Shown: positions 9,634 through 17,765 of the stretch, piece after piece | Position numbering within the stretch: the stretch's first letter is position 1 | How the letters are laid out: every line of letters starts with the position of its first letter | Source of the DNA: an uncultured Myxococcales bacterium | GTDB taxonomy: Bacteria; Myxococcota_A; UBA9042 | Assembly: GCA_903842345.1 (NCBI GenBank) | Contig: CAIMLR010000042.1 | Span: forward strand, 21,744-85,743 | DNA: 64,000 nucleotides | Direction: 5' to 3' | Program-made: the position numbers and the translations under genes | Notes under the pieces: generated by a model | The model's database searches: none | Seen by the model: the letters and a program-made list of their open reading frames with translations, nothing else | What the model was told of the DNA's origin: nothing

Positions 9634-11099
9634 GCGGCTTCGACCTTTCGCGCCGCGCTCGCGTCGCCCCGCTGCCTGATGTCGAGGCGTCAAAAGTACC
9701 GGACGGCGCAACGCTACTGTCGGACGTGCACGCAGTTGAGCGTGGTTGGCTTGATCCTTCGTCACTGACATCGCCAGGCCACCTCCTGGTTCCGGCCCCG
9801 ACCGGTGGGGGCAAGTCGGCGCTACTCATGAACGTCTTGACCTCACGGAAGTCTGACCACCTGTCTTTGCATTTCCTCTGCGCCGACCGGAAGGGAGAGG
9901 CGATGGAATACGGTCTGCCGATGACTGCGCTGCGGAATGTGTCGGCCTTGCAAACGACCTGCTATATCAACCTGTTCGCCCCCGATGGCGCGCCCGGCCG
10001 GGTGCCCATGAATTTGGCGAAGGCCAACTATGGTGATGCACCCCGTCGACTGATCGCGCAGTCGCTTGCCCACCTCATTAGTAAAACCGCAGCAGGGGAG
10101 GCGCAATCGGGCTCGGCGTCGTACCGCATCCAGGCGGTGCTCGTTTCTGTCGTCTGGGCCGTGCTGTGCGCGGATCACCCTTCACGGTCGCTGCTCTGGG
10201 CCGCCGATTGCCTGACGCTTCCTGACGGCATCGCCCGTCTTGCCGCGCTCGTGCCTGATGAGGAGGTGCGAGTCGAGTTGCAGTCGGTGCAAAGTTCTCC
10301 GTCGGACGCCCGTGCTGGCGCTCTCGCACGGCTGCGCGTCCTGAACGGCTGGGACGGGCTCGCGGCGCAGCTCGGTGCGGGCAGTTGCATCGACTTTGGC
10401 AATTTGGCGCGCACCTCAGATGTGTACATCGACCTCGCCAATGCGCCTGCCGGTTCAGACCAGGTTGTGCTGACGTTTGGCAACCTTTTGGTTGAGCAGT
10501 TTGCCCGCGCGCTACTTCGTCGCCCACCACCGGGATTTCCACCTGGCGTCACCACCTGTTTCATCGACGAGGCGCTTCAATTTGCCCCCGCGCTCACTAC
10601 CATTGCCCGTCCGATCCTTGAAACGGGCCGCAGCTTCGGGGTCGAACTCTGGCTCTCAGCCCAGCATCTGCGCGGCCTGCGGGATCTCGGCACCGTGTGG
10701 GATGCCATCATTGCCAACAGCCACCGGCTCGTCGGCGCTGTCGGGGCCGAAGATGCGTCGCTGATTGCCCGCGAACAATACGGGTCCGCCGGCGACCCGC
10801 GCGCGTCCGCGATGATACGCCGCATCGCCGCCATGAAGCCGCGCGATTTTTGCCTGGCCGCGCGCGACCGCGTGCAGTTCTTTCGCTCCGCGGACATCGA
10901 CTTCCGAGCCCTGGAAAAAGCCCGGCGGAAGCACGAGGACCAGTTTCAAGAAGTGTACTGGCGGCTGTCCCCGCGAGTGCTGCCCCGGCCCGTACGGCTC
11001 TGGGAAGTTGGCGGCCCGCGAGTCGACACGTTCGCAAGCGTTCATCCATCGTCAGAAACCCCGCGTCCGCCGAAGCGTCCGCGTTCCAGGTTTGGGTGA
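9630..11099 (+). CDS. P-loop ATPase of the T4CP (TraD/VirD4/TrwB)-VirB4-HerA superfamily
   Basis: Walker A APTGGGKS, Walker B TCFIDEA, GRSFGVELWLSAQ (arginine-finger/Q motif), IIAN. GGAGG RBS; no TM segment. Confidence 0.82.
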   Translation: MSGFDLSRRARVAPLPDVEASKVPDGATLLSDVHAVERGWLDPSSLTSPGHLLVPAPTGGGKSALLMNVLTSRKSDHLSLHFLCADRKGEAMEYGLPMTALRNVSALQTTCYINLFAPDGAPGRVPMNLAKANYGDAPRRLIAQSLAHLISKTAAGEAQSGSASYRIQAVLVSVVWAVLCADHPSRSLLWAADCLTLPDGIARLAALVPDEEVRVELQSVQSSPSDARAGALARLRVLNGWDGLAAQLGAGSCIDFGNLARTSDVYIDLANAPAGSDQVVLTFGNLLVEQFARALLRRPPPGFPPGVTTCFIDEALQFAPALTTIARPILETGRSFGVELWLSAQHLRGLRDLGTVWDAIIANSHRLVGAVGAEDASLIAREQYGSAGDPRASAMIRRIAAMKPRDFCLAARDRVQFFRSADIDFRALEKARRKHEDQFQEVYWRLSPRVLPRPVRLWEVGGPRVDTFASVHPSSETPRPPKRPRSRFG

Positions 11100-11103
11100 A
11101 ATC

Positions 11104-11436
11104 ATGAATACATTAATAATATTACTGCGTTTTACGACCAAGGTGGTGATGGCAATTGGTGTCGCCGCGTGGTGGATGGGCTGGACAGTGTTGACCGGCG
11201 TTGCCTACGCGAATGCCCGCATGCGCTCGCAACAGGCGCAAACACGAGGCGTGTTTTGCAAAAGCCACCATCGGCTTGTGGAGATCGACGATTGGCAGTG
11301 CAGCTGTGGCTACCGTTGGCATGGTCCGGGATGGTGGTGCCCGGCGCCTGGATGTTTGAGGCCTTCCGCCCCATTCCTGCCGTGCAGTGAGCCCTCGTGT
11401 TCGCTGTCGGTCGACAACCCGCATCGTACCGTCTGA
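11104..11436 (+). CDS. Membrane-anchored Cys-rich (Zn-binding) small protein
   Basis: N-terminal hydrophobic helix, then CKSHH, CSCGY, CPAPGC and CSEPSC. Confidence 0.7.
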   Translation: MNTLIILLRFTTKVVMAIGVAAWWMGWTVLTGVAYANARMRSQQAQTRGVFCKSHHRLVEIDDWQCSCGYRWHGPGWWCPAPGCLRPSAPFLPCSEPSCSLSVDNPHRTV

Positions 11437-11447
11437 AGGAGTGTGTC

Positions 11448-12203
11448 GTGGATCGACGCAGAAGAACCGAACCCGCCGCCCGCGCACACGTCACGCTGAC
11501 CGAAAGAGACGGCTTCGTGCTACTTGCGCTTGCGGAATGCGGTTATCTAAGTGCAGCGCAAATTTCCCGCGAGTGCTTTCCGAGCGCTGATCGCTGCAGG
11601 CGTCGTCTGCGACAACTTCTCGACGCCAAGTATATCACTGCGTTCCTGTGCGCGTCACGGGACAGCAATATCCTGGCGATCGGCCGCGACGGCCTTTTGG
11701 CGCTCCGGGACCTCGGCCACGACATCACTGGGCTGACGACGCCGGCGCCGCTTCGGGCATCGGCCGCGCGGCACACGCTGCTCATTTCAGACATGCGGTT
11801 GTGGGCGGCTCGTTTGAATGAGGCTGGGCTTGGTCAGCTGTACGCGTGGGAGCCAGGTCGCGGCGAGTACGCGCGCCAACTTGGTCTCGCTCAGCACCAT
11901 CTAGCGCCAGACGCGCTCTGCGTCGCGAGCGTTCAAGGACATGAAATCACAGCCGTCATTGAAGCTGACTGCGGACATGAAACTCAGGCCCTGACCTTGA
12001 AGCTCCGGGCGCTCAAGGGCTGGCTCGCGACGCGGCGCGATACCGAACTGTGGCTAGTTGTAATCGGCGACGACGTCCGCATCCGGCAGATCCGGACGAT
12101 GATTTCGGAGGCCGGCGTTGGTCGTTGGACGCGGCTGTTCCGCCAAGAGGAAGTCATATCCAGGCCGTTGGGCGACCCGCCAGGACTCGTCGAACGCCCG
12201 TGA
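11448..12203 (+). CDS. Replication-relaxation family protein (MOBC-like relaxase candidate)
   Basis: N-terminal wHTH (LTERDGFVLLAL..CGYLSAAQI..RRRLRQL), HTL motif and PD-(D/E)xK-like core (PDAL...IEADCGHE). GAAGGA RBS before GTG 11448. Confidence 0.8.
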   Translation: MDRRRRTEPAARAHVTLTERDGFVLLALAECGYLSAAQISRECFPSADRCRRRLRQLLDAKYITAFLCASRDSNILAIGRDGLLALRDLGHDITGLTTPAPLRASAARHTLLISDMRLWAARLNEAGLGQLYAWEPGRGEYARQLGLAQHHLAPDALCVASVQGHEITAVIEADCGHETQALTLKLRALKGWLATRRDTELWLVVIGDDVRIRQIRTMISEAGVGRWTRLFRQEEVISRPLGDPPGLVERP

Positions 12204-12255
12204 TCGTAGTCCGTCTGTGAACTTTCGCATCAGCGTCAATACACTGATTTGACAC

Positions 12256-12879
12256 ATGAAAAATGAACTGATAGACAGTGCACACGCGTCCAGCGTCTCC
12301 GCCAAGAAGGCGAGCGTGGGCAGCGTTGCCGTCCAACTTCAGCATGCGCAGTCGTCACCGAAGCCGGCGCACGGGAGCGACGAACTTGTCGTGGCCGTCA
12401 AGGCAAACACGGCGATGCTCGCGCGCATTGCCGACGAACTGGCGCTTGCTCGTCTGTCCAAACAGGACACGGTGACGACGCGAGAAGCCGCGATGTTGCT
12501 TAGGACCACAGAGGCCGGTGTGCGGATGCGCGCCAGTCGAAACAGCGCTGCGCTTTCGCCGGTCGGCAAGCGAGGCAAAGAAAACGTATATCGGCGCGCC
12601 GACGTGCTGCGCCTAGGTGTGGAGGATCCCCATGAAAGGATGGAAGAAACTGGAGCCGATGGGCGTTTACAGACGCAAGGACGGAAGACTTGCCGTGAAA
12701 GTCGGCATCTGGAAAGACGGCAAAATGGAGTTTGCCCAGCGGAACCTGGAGCTGAACGCGACCGTGCCGGAAGCCGCGCAGCTGGCGCTGACACTACAGG
12801 CGCAGCTGCGCAGTCCGCCGTCGACCCCTGTCGCACACCGCCCGGATACCGGCCAAAGCGTCGAGACGTACGCCCGTGA
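12256..12879 (+). CDS. Excisionase-like HTH protein with a long tail overlapping the integrase
   Basis: VTTREAAMLLRTTEAGVRMRA...GKRGKENVYRRADVLRL is a MerR/Xis-type wHTH. The ORF runs 248 nt into int. Confidence 0.7.
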   Translation: MKNELIDSAHASSVSAKKASVGSVAVQLQHAQSSPKPAHGSDELVVAVKANTAMLARIADELALARLSKQDTVTTREAAMLLRTTEAGVRMRASRNSAALSPVGKRGKENVYRRADVLRLGVEDPHERMEETGADGRLQTQGRKTCRESRHLERRQNGVCPAEPGAERDRAGSRAAGADTTGAAAQSAVDPCRTPPGYRPKRRDVRP

Positions 12880-13846
12880 ATGGCTCGATAGCCACAAGCA
12901 GACGCTGAAGCCTGCCGCTGCACGGCATTACGAATCCGCAATCTGGGACCACTTCGTACCGAAGCTCGGCTACCTCGCGTGTCACGCGATGACGCGGGCC
13001 ATGTTGTCATCCTGGGTGATCTGGCTCGATCAGCAGGTACAGCCGATCCGCCACAACCTGGATGACACCGTGCGCGAGGGCTCCGGTCAGCCGTACAGCA
13101 AGGACACGCTGACGTCGTGGTGGCGGCCGGTCGTGCAGATGCTGCGCGACATGGCGGCCGACCTCAACATGCTCGACCCGACGCTCCGCGTGAAGCCGCC
13201 GAAAGGGAAGCCGGGCGCAGCGCCGAAGCGCGAGATGCGGTGCCTCACTGGCGAAGGGCTGAAGGCGCTGCTCCTCGCGGCGCGGCAGTACACGCCCGAT
13301 CGGTACGCTGAACTTGTCATGCTGGGCTTCACGGCGATGCGTCCTGGCGAAGTCTACGCATTACGTTGGGACGCCATCGAGCTCGACACGGGCACGCTGC
13401 ACGTGCGTCGCAGCGTCAGTGACGGCCAACTGACGGAGACGACCAAGACCAGTGCGGCGCGCACGACGCGGATGAACGCCGTGCTCTTGGACGCGCTCAT
13501 TGCCCACCAAGCGTGGCAGCAGAAACGGAATCGCCCGGCGGAGATCAAGTCGGGTCTGGTGTTTCCAAGCCTTAAAGGCACACCGCGCGAGGGCAACAGC
13601 CTGACCGCCGCGCTGGAAATCGCGACAGAGGCAGCTGGCATCAAGCAGAGGGTGACGCCGCAGGTGCTCAGGCGGTCGGTGAACACCTTGGGTGTTTTGG
13701 CGGGGGTCGACCGCATCACGTTGCGTGCCATGATGGGGCACACCTCGGAGGAGATGACTCAACGATATTCAGGAGTTCCGGACGCAGCCAAGGATCGTGC
13801 GCTCGAGATGATTTTTGGCGACCTCGTGGGTGCGTTCAGTTCATGA
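12632..13846 (+). CDS. Phage/ICE-type tyrosine integrase
   Basis: GGAGG RBS; N-terminal arm-binding-like beta motif (VYRRKDGRLAVKV). MRPGEVYALRW, TKT, QVLRRS, MGH and RYS. Confidence 0.92.
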   Translation: MKGWKKLEPMGVYRRKDGRLAVKVGIWKDGKMEFAQRNLELNATVPEAAQLALTLQAQLRSPPSTPVAHRPDTGQSVETYAREWLDSHKQTLKPAAARHYESAIWDHFVPKLGYLACHAMTRAMLSSWVIWLDQQVQPIRHNLDDTVREGSGQPYSKDTLTSWWRPVVQMLRDMAADLNMLDPTLRVKPPKGKPGAAPKREMRCLTGEGLKALLLAARQYTPDRYAELVMLGFTAMRPGEVYALRWDAIELDTGTLHVRRSVSDGQLTETTKTSAARTTRMNAVLLDALIAHQAWQQKRNRPAEIKSGLVFPSLKGTPREGNSLTAALEIATEAAGIKQRVTPQVLRRSVNTLGVLAGVDRITLRAMMGHTSEEMTQRYSGVPDAAKDRALEMIFGDLVGAFSS

Positions 13847-13953
13847 AGGCGCGGGGGCTTCCGGACGCGCCCAGCTCGCACGTTGCTCCGTCCCTCGCCG
13901 AACCTGTTGGCGGTCGTGCTGTGCCGTTCGCGCTGCGAGCCCGCATTCTGTTT

Positions 13954-13989
13954 CCCACCGTTGGGGCCGCTGCCATTCGCGCTACCGTT
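13954..13989. repeat. Three imperfect 9-bp direct repeats, possible integrase arm sites
   Basis: CCCACCGTT (13954), GCTGCCATT (13969) and GCTACCGTT (13981), downstream of int. Palindrome CAACATGTTG at 14010-14019. Confidence 0.4.
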
Positions 13990-14066
13990 GGTTGTTCGAC
14001 CCTCCGACTCAACATGTTGCATCAGCCGGTGCTGTCGAGGCCCAACGAGGCCAGCGATCAACGCCG

Positions 14067-14435
14067 TCAAGCCTCCGGCGTCCGCGCGCGCTCAATCCAC
14101 GACTTGTAGGCCAAACACACAACGAGCAGAACCGCGAGCAGGATTGCCGCGAGGACGAGCGTCCTCATAACACCAGACCCAATCGAGGGCACCGAGCGAA
14201 CCGGCATTATTGCTGCCGTCGCAGCATTCCGGATCCTGCCAGTTGTCTCCGCGGATGAAAGGCTGAGGCTGCGTTCCTGAGGGTGGTGGCGCCACCAGAG
14301 CGCTACGACCGCGACCAGGACAATTCCGACGACGATCGCTGGCACATGCTCGGGCTGCGCCGGAAATGGGATGCGAAGGTGAAAGCCAAGCGCATCCAGT
14401 GAGAATTGTTGGCATTCACGAAGTGAGTTCAGCAT
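14067..14435 (-). CDS. Small two-TM membrane protein
   Basis: GGAGG RBS; two strongly hydrophobic helices (VPAIVVGIVLVAVVALWW; TLVLAAILLAVLLVVCLAY). Confidence 0.7.
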   Translation of the reverse strand: MLNSLRECQQFSLDALGFHLRIPFPAQPEHVPAIVVGIVLVAVVALWWRHHPQERSLSLSSAETTGRIRNAATAAIMPVRSVPSIGSGVMRTLVLAAILLAVLLVVCLAYKSWIERARTPEA

Positions 14436-14538
14436 GGTCGAGACCTCCGGAGCGCGAGGCTGGCACGGGTAGACATTGGCCGCAACTGAAGTTGAGCTCG
14501 CGCCGTCAGGACGTCATCCAAAGAGCGAGTTGGCGGAC

Positions 14539-14802
14539 CTAGATGCTGAGTTGATGCGTCCAGGAGGGAATCCAGTTGGTGCTCAGGAATCGGACCAAAT
14601 CTGGCGTGCCGAAGTAGGTGGTGCTGCCATACTCGGTGAAGGCGAGCGCGGCCTTCTCGACGTTCAGGCCTTGCTCGCGGGCGGCCGCCATCAGTTGAGC
14701 AAGCGCTCGCTTACGATCGGCGTCCGTGTGGCTCGGGGCGTCAGCCTCAAAGACCGCAAAATCAATGCCTTGTTCGCGTAAATGCGCCATCCGAATCGTC
14801 AT
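14539..14802 (-). CDS. Small soluble hypothetical protein (87 aa)
   Basis: AAGGAGG RBS before ATG 14802; protein-like alpha/beta pattern (FAVFEADA...TYFGTPDLVRFL). Confidence 0.8.
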   Translation of the reverse strand: MTIRMAHLREQGIDFAVFEADAPSHTDADRKRALAQLMAAAREQGLNVEKAALAFTEYGSTTYFGTPDLVRFLSTNWIPSWTHQLSI

Positions 14803-15016
14803 GGTACTACCTCCTTGCGCCAAGGCTCAGCCTCGGCCATGATTGCAACGTCGCTCGCCAAGTCGCGGACGACCCACCCGATCTTGCGACCTTTTGGCGG
14901 CCTGTCAATGGACCTGTAGGGGATGGGCGCCATGAATATGAACCGCCCACGGCACGACACCGAACCGTCACATCCTCGATCTTCGTTTGGTTGCCCCAAG
15001 ATTCCGTAACATATTG

Positions 15017-16201
15017 ATGCTAGGTGAAATTTTGACACAGCCGTCCCCGCAGAACGAATCACCATTTTTGCAAGCCCGTCGTCTGATTCGGGTCAGCCAA
15101 ACCGTCGCAGGCGATCTCGCCGGCGTCTCACGTCAGGCGATCGGCGCGTTGGAGAAGGGCGAAAGAACTCCAAAGGTCCCGGAGCTACTCAAGCTTGCGT
15201 CGTTGTACCGACTCCGGCCCGAGACGCTTTTGGCGGGCGGCGAGCTCCTTACGGGCGCCGCGCCGCGCGGTCTTGCGCTGTTTCGCGCCGCCGATGGGGC
15301 GCAGTTGACCGCCCACGACAAGCGCGAAATTTTTCTCGCGGAGCAGGCGCTGGAGTCGTGGTCCACTCCGACGACGATGCCGGTCCTTCCACCAGGCCTG
15401 CTCGTGCCAGAAGTTTGTGACCACATCCGCCGCCTCGTCGATGAAGTCCGGATCCCGTTCGACCCGTTCCGCGCGCTCTACAACATGGGCGTTCTCCTCT
15501 GGTTCACATCGCTCAACAAAGTAGACGGGGCGATTATCCGGACAGGCGCAAGCGATCGGTGGGCCATGGTCGTCAACTCGGACCAGCCGGACGACCGGAT
15601 CCGCTTTTCTGCTGCGCACGAGCTTGCCCACGCCGTTCTAGGACATCGCGGTTGGGAGCATCTCCACATTGATGCGTTTGGCGCGCCACGCGACCAGCAG
15701 GACAAGGACGCAGACCAGTTCGCCGGCGAGTTGCTGATGCCCGCGACATCGTTGCTGCGCGAAATCGAGTCCTACCGGAACGGAGACAACCTATCAGAAC
15801 TCTTGTACAGAATCGCAGACCGCTTTCAGGTCAGCTACGCTGCCGTCGTCGTACGATTCGGGAATCTTGGTGTCTTCACGCCCGCCACCGTCGAGCAGCT
15901 CCGGACGATCAGGCCAACTGATTTGGAGGCAAGGCTTGCTCTCAAAACGAAGCGCGTCGAGAAATTTCAGGGCGATGCAGTGCTTCCGGCCTTGTGCGAC
16001 AAGTTGGTGCGCGAGCAACGTTTGTCTGCCGGCTGGAACGCGGACTTCGCAAACGGTTGGTATCACGTGCGAACCATCCAGAACGCGGCCGTTCGCCAGT
16101 ACATCCAGACGGTCCGGCCCATCGACCGGGCAGACAGCATCAACCAGGTGCACCAGGCCGTTGCCGCGTGGATCGCTCGCCAATTCCCGTGCGCTTGGTA
16201 G
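15017..16201 (+). CDS. XRE-family HTH fused to an ImmA/IrrE family metallopeptidase
   Basis: SQTVAGDLAGVSRQAIGALEKGER HTH. RIRFSAAHELAH (HExxH), ADQFAGELLMP and FQVS motifs; extra C-terminal ~70 aa. Confidence 0.9.
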   Translation: MLGEILTQPSPQNESPFLQARRLIRVSQTVAGDLAGVSRQAIGALEKGERTPKVPELLKLASLYRLRPETLLAGGELLTGAAPRGLALFRAADGAQLTAHDKREIFLAEQALESWSTPTTMPVLPPGLLVPEVCDHIRRLVDEVRIPFDPFRALYNMGVLLWFTSLNKVDGAIIRTGASDRWAMVVNSDQPDDRIRFSAAHELAHAVLGHRGWEHLHIDAFGAPRDQQDKDADQFAGELLMPATSLLREIESYRNGDNLSELLYRIADRFQVSYAAVVVRFGNLGVFTPATVEQLRTIRPTDLEARLALKTKRVEKFQGDAVLPALCDKLVREQRLSAGWNADFANGWYHVRTIQNAAVRQYIQTVRPIDRADSINQVHQAVAAWIARQFPCAW

Positions 16202-16214
16202 GTGGCGCCAACCG

Positions 16215-17057
16215 CTACGCGGCGCGGCTGCGGAGCGCAGCGGCGTGACGCAGCCCGGCGGCCACATCTGTCATCGACTGGATGCGGCCAGTGACGAGCA
16301 TTGACGACATCCGGCGAATCAGGGCGTTGAACTGTGCGGCACCGGCCGAGTTCGCGACCACGATGTCCTGACGAATCCCAAGACCAAGCGCCATCGGCAA
16401 TTGCCGCCCGAGCGTAAGTTCGGCGAGCGTCATGCCAAGCGAGTAGACGTCGCCAGGCGCCTGGCAATCCCCGCTGAGCCACTGCTCCGGGCTGCAGTAG
16501 TACTCCGTCCCCAACCCGCCGTTGGTCAAGTGCTGGAGAACCTTGGACTCGCGGTGGACGAAGCCGCCGAGCCCCCAGTCCGCGATCACGACCACACCGG
16601 CAGACATGAGGATATTCTCGGGCTTCAGATCGCGGTGAATGTGCCCCCGCGCATGGGCGTACGCCAGCGCGTCAGCGAGACGAGCCCCGAAGGCCGCCAC
16701 TTCCCACCAATCGTAGGGCAACTTGCGATCAGCCATGTGCTTCCGCAGACTCTTTTCGTAGACCGGCATCGCATAGAAGCGCTCCGGACCATCGGACACG
16801 TTTTCGCCCAAATACGGGACGATCATTGGATGCTCCAGCGTTTTCACAATCCCGATCTCGCGCTCAAATCGCAGACAGATCGTCTGGTTTACCTTCCACT
16901 GGTCGTTCAAGTACTTGACTGCAATCCGCTTTCCGATGGGCAAGTCGAACGCGTTGGACAGGATGACCTCTGCCTCCTCGACTCGACCGAGGCCGCCAAT
17001 ACCCAGATTGCGGAGCGTCTTGAACCGCGCTACACCACGACGAAGCTGATCTGCCAT
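16215..17057 (-). CDS. Compact soluble Ser/Thr protein kinase
   Basis: GIGGLGRV, AVK, FERE, HRDLKPEN, DWG, GTEYYCSPEQ, DVYSLG; no TM or sensor domain. Confidence 0.92.
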   Translation of the reverse strand: MADQLRRGVARFKTLRNLGIGGLGRVEEAEVILSNAFDLPIGKRIAVKYLNDQWKVNQTICLRFEREIGIVKTLEHPMIVPYLGENVSDGPERFYAMPVYEKSLRKHMADRKLPYDWWEVAAFGARLADALAYAHARGHIHRDLKPENILMSAGVVVIADWGLGGFVHRESKVLQHLTNGGLGTEYYCSPEQWLSGDCQAPGDVYSLGMTLAELTLGRQLPMALGLGIRQDIVVANSAGAAQFNALIRRMSSMLVTGRIQSMTDVAAGLRHAAALRSRAA

Positions 17058-17463
17058 CACACGCCTGCCTTTGCGGACTCTGCCGCAGGTTGACGCCCCG
17101 TATCAGGCCTTCCACCCGCCATTCGGACGGAGGCCAATCCGGTAACGCCATACCAAACGTGCGCCGATCCGATTTTGTTGGCAAGCCACCCCATATGGCG
17201 ATCAGACAGAGTTGCCTGATTGTCACAATCCTGGGTGTGAACGGCGCCTCGCGCCGGCCAAACCGGCGCGATCGCTTCGATGCGCTGTGCTTTTCGCTTA
17301 TTGAGAGCCCGACGCAGAATCGGCAGCTTCTGCCGCAACATGCCACCCGTCTGCCGGCGGCGCGAGACCCAAGAGTTGGGCCGGTCAAGCACCTGCGAAC
17401 GGACGCGGATGTTGCGCCGAGGATCCCGCGTCGTGCGGGTTTTCATGGCACCCTTCGCGCCCG

Positions 17464-17504
17464 TTCTAGGGCTTCATTCTAGGGCCACCGCGATTTTCTA
17501 GGGC
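17464..17504. repeat. Three exact 9-bp direct repeats TTCTAGGGC (arm-type sites)
   Basis: Copies at 17464, 17477 and 17496, about 40-80 bp from the tRNA 3' end. Confidence 0.75.
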
Positions 17505-17525
17505 TAATCACGTTTCGCCGTTGTC

Positions 17526-17538
17526 TAACTTATTGAAA
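17526..17538 (-). promoter_or_regulatory. IHF-like binding site beside the tRNA att core
   Basis: Minus strand TTTCAATAAGTTA vs consensus WATCAANNNNTTR (1 mismatch). Confidence 0.5.
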
Positions 17539-17542
17539 TCTT

Positions 17543-17617
<75 letters not shown>

Positions 17618-17765
17618 ATTCTTTCCACACCACCCGGCGCGCGCGGCCCCGTTGCGGCGGATTCGTATCGCGGCGCGCCGTCCGCGTCAACTCCACTCGC
17701 ACCGAATCCGCCGGCGTGGCATCCTACACGCCCGATTCCGGCCGCTCCAGCCGTCAGGACTTCCC

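Larger units (their letters stand above)
6200..14020 (+). mobile_element. Putative integrative mobilizable element (IME-like); boundaries approximate
   Basis: Nine co-oriented ORFs ending in ATPase, Zn protein, relaxase, xis and int. AT-richer spacer with terminator on the left; arm-like repeats right of int. Confidence 0.65.

Noticed and set aside
11309-11319. GCTACCGTTGG identical to 13981-13991
   Set aside because: It lies inside the coding sequence for CGYRW as a single copy; likely coincidence.
6251-14021. Shared 7-mer TGTTGCA at 6251 and 14015 as an att core of the nested element
   Set aside because: A 7-bp match between two windows of this size is expected by chance.
17057-17446. 129-aa ORF whose TGA overlaps the kinase ATG (TGATG)
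   Set aside because: The overlap is suggestive, but the product is Arg-rich with no recognisable motif and no clear RBS. Not supportable as a gene.
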